Of a stretch of DNA of 64,000 nt, positions 58,826-64,000 are shown piece by piece. The position numbers and the translations under genes were made by a program. The number at the start of each line of letters is the position of its first letter. Position 1 is the stretch's first letter. The notes under the pieces are model-generated. The model saw nothing but the letters and a program-made list of their open reading frames with translations. It made no database searches and had not been told where the DNA came from. Location of the stretch: contig DATLVU010000003.1 of the NCBI GenBank assembly GCA_035577025.1, positions 2,433 to 66,432 of the forward strand, in the 5' to 3' direction. The stretch is from Gemmatimonadales bacterium (GTDB lineage: Bacteria; Gemmatimonadota; Gemmatimonadetes; Gemmatimonadales; GWC2-71-9).

Positions 58826-59556
58826 TGTCGCACGACTTCGATGAGTCGATAGTTGGTCATGTCCATGTGGAGCGGCGTCACCGAGATGTAGCCGTCACTG
58901 GTCGCGCGGAAATCCGACTCCGCTCCGCCGGTCCAGGTAATGTGCCCACCACCGATCCAGTAGATGTCCTTGCCCCAGGGATCCTTCATAAGGGCGATCT
59001 CCTCGCTGAACACCCGGCTGCCGAGGTGCGTGACCTTCACGCCTTTGACCTGATCGCCGGGGATCGCCGGGAGATTGATGTTCAGGAGGGTCTCCTTGGG
59101 GAAATCCTTGACCGCCGTGATGCGCTTGAGCAGCGCCCGCAGTCCATCCTTGTGCGTCTCGAGCGTGTCCAGGTCCGATCCCGCGAACGAGATGGCGATG
59201 CTCGGGATGCCGGCGACCAGGCCTTCCATAGCCGCGGCGACGGTCCCCGAATAAAACACATCCTCCCCCATGTTCTGCCCGTGGTTGATTCCCGAGATCA
59301 CGAAGTCGGGCTTCTGGGGCATGAGCATCCCGATAGCGAGCAACACACAGTCCGTCGGCGTGCCGTCGAGCTGGAAGGCGCCGTCGGGCCTCCTGGTGGC
59401 GCGGAGCGGTCGGTGCAGTGTGAGCGAGTGCGATGTGCCGCTCTGCTCACGGTCAGGTGCGACAACGGTCACCTGCCCCAAGCCCGCGCAGACGTCGCCC
59501 AAAACCGCGAGCCCGCGGGCCAAGATGCCATCGTCGTTCGAGATCAGGATGTTCAA
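58807..59556 (-). CDS. surE: 5'/3'-nucleotidase SurE
   Basis: TTG 59556 gives M-NILISNDDGI... It overlaps the upstream stop as TTGA and is preceded by GGGGAGGGG. The track ORF's 112-aa extension is rejected. Confidence 0.9.
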   Translation of the reverse strand: MNILISNDDGILARGLAVLGDVCAGLGQVTVVAPDREQSGTSHSLTLHRPLRATRRPDGAFQLDGTPTDCVLLAIGMLMPQKPDFVISGINHGQNMGEDVFYSGTVAAAMEGLVAGIPSIAISFAGSDLDTLETHKDGLRALLKRITAVKDFPKETLLNINLPAIPGDQVKGVKVTHLGSRVFSEEIALMKDPWGKDIYWIGGGHITWTGGAESDFRATSDGYISVTPLHMDMTNYRLIEVVRQWLAGD

Positions 59557-60275
59557 CGGTTCTTGCCCCTCCCCGTGCTCCGCCCTCCCAAGATCTGCCG
59601 TCCGTAGCGGGCGAAGACGCGCGCCAGCCGCCAGGTATCGGTCCAGCGCCGGAAGTGACTGGGCCGCCCCTCGTATACCGTCGGGATCGGCTCCGAGCGC
59701 ACGGCAAACCCCCGCGCGAGCGCCGCCAGGAGAAACGCGGTCTCGTAGTCGTAGCGTCGCTCTCCGGGCCGGATGGTTTCGGCGATGCGACGTGACAGGG
59801 CGCGGAACCCGGTCTGGGCGTCCGGGATCGGCACGCCCCCGATGCGGGAGGCGAGCGTCGCCGAGAGCCAGTTGGTGCAGCGCCGTCCCCATGGCATCGT
59901 GCCGGTCCGGGCGCGAGCACCAAGGACGAGATCCGCTTCACCCGAGGCGACCGCTGCAGCAAGGCGTGGGATCTCCTCCGGCGGATGCTGCCCGTCGCCG
60001 TCGAGTGTGACGATGACGCGCGCGCCGTTCTGGAGCGCGGCCGCGATGCCCGTCTCGAGCGCGGCGCCCTTCCCGCGATTGTGTGGATGGGTCAGCACGG
60101 TCGCCCCCTTCCCGCGCCCCCGTTCCCCGGTCCCGTCGGTGGAGCCGTCGTCCACAAGGTACACGATCGCGCCGGGCGCGGCGTGGCGACTCCGGCTGAC
60201 GACCTCGGTGATGGTGGCGGCGGCCTGGTATGCGGGGATGACGACCGCGAGGGTCTCGTCAGCGCGCCCCGGCAC
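59553..60275 (-). CDS. GT2 family glycosyltransferase (soluble, 240 aa)
   Basis: AVVIPAYQAA, LVDDGSTDGT and TLDGDGQH motifs. Confidence 0.8.
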   Translation of the reverse strand: MPGRADETLAVVIPAYQAAATITEVVSRSRHAAPGAIVYLVDDGSTDGTGERGRGKGATVLTHPHNRGKGAALETGIAAALQNGARVIVTLDGDGQHPPEEIPRLAAAVASGEADLVLGARARTGTMPWGRRCTNWLSATLASRIGGVPIPDAQTGFRALSRRIAETIRPGERRYDYETAFLLAALARGFAVRSEPIPTVYEGRPSHFRRWTDTWRLARVFARYGRQILGGRSTGRGKNR

Positions 60276-60633
60276 TGGGCGCGTTTCCTTCGAGGACTGC
60301 CAGGACGGCCTTGAGCTCCGCGCGCAGGTCCTTCACCGTCTGGGTCGCGAGCGCGCGGCGCGCCTCGGGCTTGAGCTCGCCCGATCGCCGATACTGCTCG
60401 ATCTTCTGTCGAGCCCCTTCGATCGTGTACTTCTCCGTGTACAGGAGGTGCTTGACGAGCATGATGAGCTCGATTTCGCGCCGCTGGTACACGCGGTTCC
60501 CCGAGCGGTTCTTGGCGGGATTGAGAAACCGGAACTGACTCTCCCAGTAGCGCAGCACGTGCGGCTTGAGGTCGGTGAGCTGACACACTTCCCCGATCGA
60601 GAAGAACTCCTGAACCGGATGCGGCGCGCTCAT
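60259..60633 (-). CDS. MerR-family transcriptional regulator
   Basis: Start at ATG 60633, overlapping the gpsA stop (ATGA). HTH FSIGEVCQLTDLKPHVLRYWESQF...NRVYQRREIE. Confidence 0.85.
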   Translation of the reverse strand: MSAPHPVQEFFSIGEVCQLTDLKPHVLRYWESQFRFLNPAKNRSGNRVYQRREIELIMLVKHLLYTEKYTIEGARQKIEQYRRSGELKPEARRALATQTVKDLRAELKAVLAVLEGNAPSAGAR

Positions 60634-61655
60634 GATCCCCCTCCCCCTACTCCCCACTGCTCCGGCTTGAGCTCACGCTCCATCAGGTCCACCAGGGCGC
60701 GCTGCGGCGATTTTCCCTCGAACAGCACGGCGGCCACTTCGCGCGCGATCGGCAGCTCCACACCGTGCCGCTCGCCGAGCGTCACGGCCGAGCGCGCCGT
60801 GTTCACACCCTCCGCCACCGAGGCACGGCTCGAGAGCGCATCCTCGAGGCGCTTGCCGCGCCCCAGCTCGACTCCGAGCGTGTGATTGCGCGACAACGGC
60901 CCCGTGGCGGTGAGGATCAAGTCTCCCATGCCGGCGAGCCCCGCGAACGTCGCGGCCTCGGCCCCGAGGGCGACGCCGAGCCGCGTAATTTCGGCGAGCC
61001 CGCGCGTCACGAGCGCGGCGCGCGTGTTGTACCCCATGCCGAGGCCTTCCAGAATCCCGGCCGCGAGCGCGATGACGTTCTTGAGGGCGCCACCGAGCTC
61101 GACGCCGATCACGTCCGTGGCGGAGTAGACGCGAAAATGCGACACGGAAAACACCTGCTGCACCTCCTGGGCGACGTTGTGCTCCCGGGCGGCCGCCACA
61201 ACCGCCGTCGGCTGGCGCGCATACACTTCTTGCGCGAAGGACGGCCCCGACAGCACGGCGATCCGCGTCCCCTTCGTGAGGACGTCCTGCAGGACGCACG
61301 AGAGGGTGCCCAGCCGCTCCGGCTCGAGGCCCTTCGACACGCTCACGACGAGCGCCCGGCGGTCCATCGCGCCGCTCGCCTGCGTCATCACCTCCCGGAC
61401 CGCATGGGAAGGCGCGGCCGAGACGACGACATCGGCGCCGCGTACCGCGGCCGCGATGCTCCCTTCCGCAGTCAGCGACTCGGCCAGGGTCGCGCCGGGA
61501 AGAAACGGGCGGTTGACGTGCTCCCGGTTGACGCTCTCGATCACCTCGGGCTCCCGTGCCCACAGCGTTACGGTCTCGAACGCGCCTTTGCGCGCCAGAA
61601 GGTCCGCGAGCGCCGTCCCCCACGCGCCCCCGCCGACGACCGCCACGCGCGTCAT
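60630..61655 (-). CDS. gpsA: NAD(P)H-dependent glycerol-3-phosphate dehydrogenase
   Basis: MTRVAVVGGGAWGTALA (Rossmann fold) and the conserved GALKNVIA motif. Confidence 0.95.
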   Translation of the reverse strand: MTRVAVVGGGAWGTALADLLARKGAFETVTLWAREPEVIESVNREHVNRPFLPGATLAESLTAEGSIAAAVRGADVVVSAAPSHAVREVMTQASGAMDRRALVVSVSKGLEPERLGTLSCVLQDVLTKGTRIAVLSGPSFAQEVYARQPTAVVAAAREHNVAQEVQQVFSVSHFRVYSATDVIGVELGGALKNVIALAAGILEGLGMGYNTRAALVTRGLAEITRLGVALGAEAATFAGLAGMGDLILTATGPLSRNHTLGVELGRGKRLEDALSSRASVAEGVNTARSAVTLGERHGVELPIAREVAAVLFEGKSPQRALVDLMERELKPEQWGVGGGGS

Positions 61656-62278
61656 GAGTCGGATACTCCGACGCCCCGGCGCGTACGGAACCGGTTCTCC
61701 GTCCCCTCACGCAGACGTCGGATGTTGTGCCGGTGCGAGTAGACGATGATCATCGCCAGCACGACCGCGGCCCAGAAGGTGTACGGCTGCTCCGGAGCCG
61801 TGAGCCGTACCCACACGGGGAACAACGCGGCGACGGTGAGCGAAGCGACCGACACGTACCCCGACAGCCAGAGCGCGAAGATCCAGATGGGAATCGAGAT
61901 CGCGACTGCGAGGGGCGTCAAGGCGAGGAACATTCCTGCCGCCGTCGCCACCCCCTTACCGCCCTTGAACCGCACATAGGGCGAGAAAATGTGCCCCACC
62001 ACCGCCGCCAGCCCGAGCGCGACCGTAAACCACGCTGGGCCGTTGGCCCAGGGACCCAGAATGGCGACCGGGATCGCGCCTTTGGCGACATCGATCAATG
62101 CCACGGGAATCGCGTAGGCCCAGCCGAGGACGCGGTAGACGTTGGTCGCCCCGAGGTTCTTGGAGCCGTGCTCGCGCAGGTCGATCCGACGCCCCAGCTT
62201 GCCGGCCACGTAACTCGTGGGCGTCGCGCCGATCAGGTAGGCGAGTAGGAGCATCACGACGAGGCCGTAGTCGTTCAT
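61652..62278 (-). CDS. plsY: Glycerol-3-phosphate acyltransferase PlsY
   Basis: Start at ATG 62278, overlapping the der stop. Motif HGSKNLGATN. Multi-TM protein. Confidence 0.93.
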   Translation of the reverse strand: MNDYGLVVMLLLAYLIGATPTSYVAGKLGRRIDLREHGSKNLGATNVYRVLGWAYAIPVALIDVAKGAIPVAILGPWANGPAWFTVALGLAAVVGHIFSPYVRFKGGKGVATAAGMFLALTPLAVAISIPIWIFALWLSGYVSVASLTVAALFPVWVRLTAPEQPYTFWAAVVLAMIIVYSHRHNIRRLREGTENRFRTRRGVGVSDS

Positions 62279-63603
62279 CGGCGGGCCGTCTCCCGCTTGC
62301 GGCGGAACTTGAGGTTCACCGGGGAGCCCGTGAACTGCCAAGCCTCGCGGAAGCCGTTCAGGAGATAGCGCGTGTACGATTCGGGGATGGCATCGGGCCG
62401 GTTCGACACGATGGCGAACCGGGGCGGCGCCGTGCCGATCTGTGAGGCGTACAGGAGTCGCACCGACTCACCGACCGGCTGGGGTGGCTGCTGGCGGTCG
62501 AGCAGGCTCTCGAGCACCCGGTTCACCTCGGCCGTAGGCACCCGCTTGGCGCGCTCCTCCGCCACCTCGAGGATCAGGTCGGGGAGCTTGGTCACGCGCT
62601 GTCCGGTCTTCGCGGACACGTACAGGAAGGGGATGAACGCCAGGAACGGAGCGCGAGTCCGCAGCTCCTCCTCACCCCGCACCGCCGTGTTCGAGTCCTT
62701 CTCCTCCACCAGATCCCACTTGTTCACCGCGACAATCACCGCCACGCCGCGGTCCCACGCGTCGTTGGCGATTTTCAAGTCCTGGACGTGCATCCCGTCC
62801 TTCGCATCCACGACCAGCACGCACACCTCCGCATGCTCCATGGCGCGGGAGGTCCGGAGCGTCGAGTAGAACTCCACGTCGTCCTCGACCTTGCTGCGCT
62901 TGCGCAGACCCGCCGTGTCGATGAAGACGAGGGTTCGACCGTGCCACTCCAGGGGCGTGTCGATCGCATCCCGGGTGGTGCCGGGCTCGTCCGCGACGAC
63001 CAGACGGTCCGCGCCGAGCAGCCGATTGACCAGGCTCGACTTGCCAACGTTGGGGCGCCCCACCACGGCCACGCGGATCTCGTTCGCCTCGCCCGGCTCC
63101 GCGGCAGTCGGGAGTCGCGCCACGATGGCGTCGAGCAGGTCCCCGGAGCTCGTGCCGATGGCCGCCGACATCGGAAACGGATCGCCCAGGCCGAGCTCGT
63201 AGAAGGCCAGGTGCCGGGTGTCCGCGGGCAGGTGGTCCGCCTTGTTGGCGACCAGGATCATCGGGCGGTGGGCCTTGCGGAGGTAGGCGGCGATCTCCAG
63301 GTCCGCGGGGTGGACTCCCTCGGTCACATCCACCAGAAACAGCACCAGATCGCTCTCGGCCACCGCCAGCTCGACCTGCTCCAGCACGGCACGGCCGAGC
63401 TGGTCCTGCGCGCCGGGCACCATGCCACCTGTATCCACGAGCCAGAAACGGCGCCCATTCCATTCCGCCGCCCCGAAATGCCGATCCCGGGTGACGCCCG
63501 GGCGATCGTCCACGATCGCCTCCCGCCGACCGATCAGCCGGTTGAAGAGCGTGGACTTCCCGACGTTCGGCCGGCCGATGATCGCGACCGTCGGGGTTTT
63601 CAC
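62275..63603 (-). CDS. der: Ribosome-associated GTPase Der (EngA)
   Basis: Two G domains (IIGRPNVGKSTLFN...DTGG...NKAD and VVGRPNVGKSSLVN...DTAG...NKWD) plus a KH-like C-terminus. Confidence 0.95.
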   Translation of the reverse strand: MKTPTVAIIGRPNVGKSTLFNRLIGRREAIVDDRPGVTRDRHFGAAEWNGRRFWLVDTGGMVPGAQDQLGRAVLEQVELAVAESDLVLFLVDVTEGVHPADLEIAAYLRKAHRPMILVANKADHLPADTRHLAFYELGLGDPFPMSAAIGTSSGDLLDAIVARLPTAAEPGEANEIRVAVVGRPNVGKSSLVNRLLGADRLVVADEPGTTRDAIDTPLEWHGRTLVFIDTAGLRKRSKVEDDVEFYSTLRTSRAMEHAEVCVLVVDAKDGMHVQDLKIANDAWDRGVAVIVAVNKWDLVEEKDSNTAVRGEEELRTRAPFLAFIPFLYVSAKTGQRVTKLPDLILEVAEERAKRVPTAEVNRVLESLLDRQQPPQPVGESVRLLYASQIGTAPPRFAIVSNRPDAIPESYTRYLLNGFREAWQFTGSPVNLKFRRKRETARR

Positions 63604-64000
63604 GCGACTTCGCTCCCCCCACCCCCACCCAACGCGTCCACGAAATCGTGGGAGAACCGGACCGGGCTCGAAAGCTTGCCCGCGAGATCGTGCGCGTCTA
63701 CGTCGTCGATGAACCGCAAGTCGTCGTTGACCGCCTCCGCCGGCAAGAGAACGAGATCGAGATCGGTGCGGGCTCGCACGGCGGCTTCGATCGCCGCGGC
63801 CGGCAAGAGGCCTGCCGTCGTCACGGAGGGCCCGAACAACGTGTTCTCCACGATAACGATCTCAAACCTTCCGCCCGTCGCGCTGCCGAGGCCGTCCAGT
63901 ACCTGCGGCATGAGCCGTCCCATCGCCGGGCCCGTGACCACCCCGATCGTCCTACCGGTCAGGTCCGGAAGCCGTCCCCCTCCCCCGGCCGCCGCAATCC
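63600..64000 (-). CDS. DUF512-type protein, 3' fragment (5' end outside window)
   Basis: Frame open to the window edge (...LTGRTIGVVTGPAMG...). The C-terminal pattern VENTLFGPSVTTAGLL...LVLLPAEAV...RFIDD matches my recollection of DUF512 (radical-SAM/PDZ-associated), which is often found upstream of der. Confidence 0.5.
   Translation of the reverse strand, partial: IAAAGGGGRLPDLTGRTIGVVTGPAMGRLMPQVLDGLGSATGGRFEIVIVENTLFGPSVTTAGLLPAAAIEAAVRARTDLDLVLLPAEAVNDDLRFIDDVDAHDLAGKLSSPVRFSHDFVDALGGGGGSEVA

Overview
High-GC (about two-thirds G+C by eye) bacterial chromosomal segment. It is very gene-dense (about 70 CDS and 1 tRNA), and most gene junctions are 1-4-nt stop/start overlaps.

Plus strand, left to right:
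- Complex I: nuoD (3' end) followed by nuoEFGHIJKLMN.
- A phosphohexomutase, a large UPF0182-like membrane protein, carbamate kinase and sucCD.
- A PTS-EIIA(Ntr)-like/CBS fusion protein and ndk.
- yceD-rpmF-plsX-fabH-fabD-fabG-acpP-fabF.
- Futalosine-pathway genes: two MqnC/MqnE-type radical-SAM enzymes flanking mqnA.
- A short purE-like gene, ispF, a DedA protein, an ICMT-type methyltransferase, xerD, an Fpg/Nei glycosylase, a thioesterase and pabA/trpG.
- A long LPS/sigma-54 block: kdsB-pyrG-kdsA-kdsC-kdsD-lptC-lptA-lptB-rpoN.

The only accessory-looking part is 43.3-54.9 kb. It holds two polyprenyl-phosphate-type GT2 enzymes, a GT4, a SAM methyltransferase, a UPF0104 flippase-like protein and a YfhO-type GT-C. 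Three paralogous YVTN beta-propeller proteins sit among them: one with an HTH-like N-terminus and two lipoproteins.

After dapF, the right end is a minus-strand chain: DUF512(partial)-der-plsY-gpsA-merR-GT2-surE-pcm-dedA-acyP-apt-tRNA-Arg(CCT)-TPR protein.

The gene content (futalosine menaquinone pathway, Kdo/Lpt, sigma-54) suggests a diderm, non-proteobacterial lineage. I suspect something Gemmatimonadota-like but cannot verify it.

Most interesting observations:
1. Three sequence-unrelated but architecturally identical hairpins built from 7- or 9-nt tandem repeats, each sitting immediately 5' of a start codon.
2. The glycosyltransferase/propeller cluster, with a recently homogenised 885-bp in-frame tandem duplication and a conserved upstream box or uORF start.
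3. An LptB with a roughly 146-aa N-terminal extension, and an EIIA-CBS fusion coupled to sucCD.

I saw no CRISPR array, transposase, prophage or recognisable defence genes. All calls rest on by-eye motif recognition and the supplied ORF track; no database search or computation was run.
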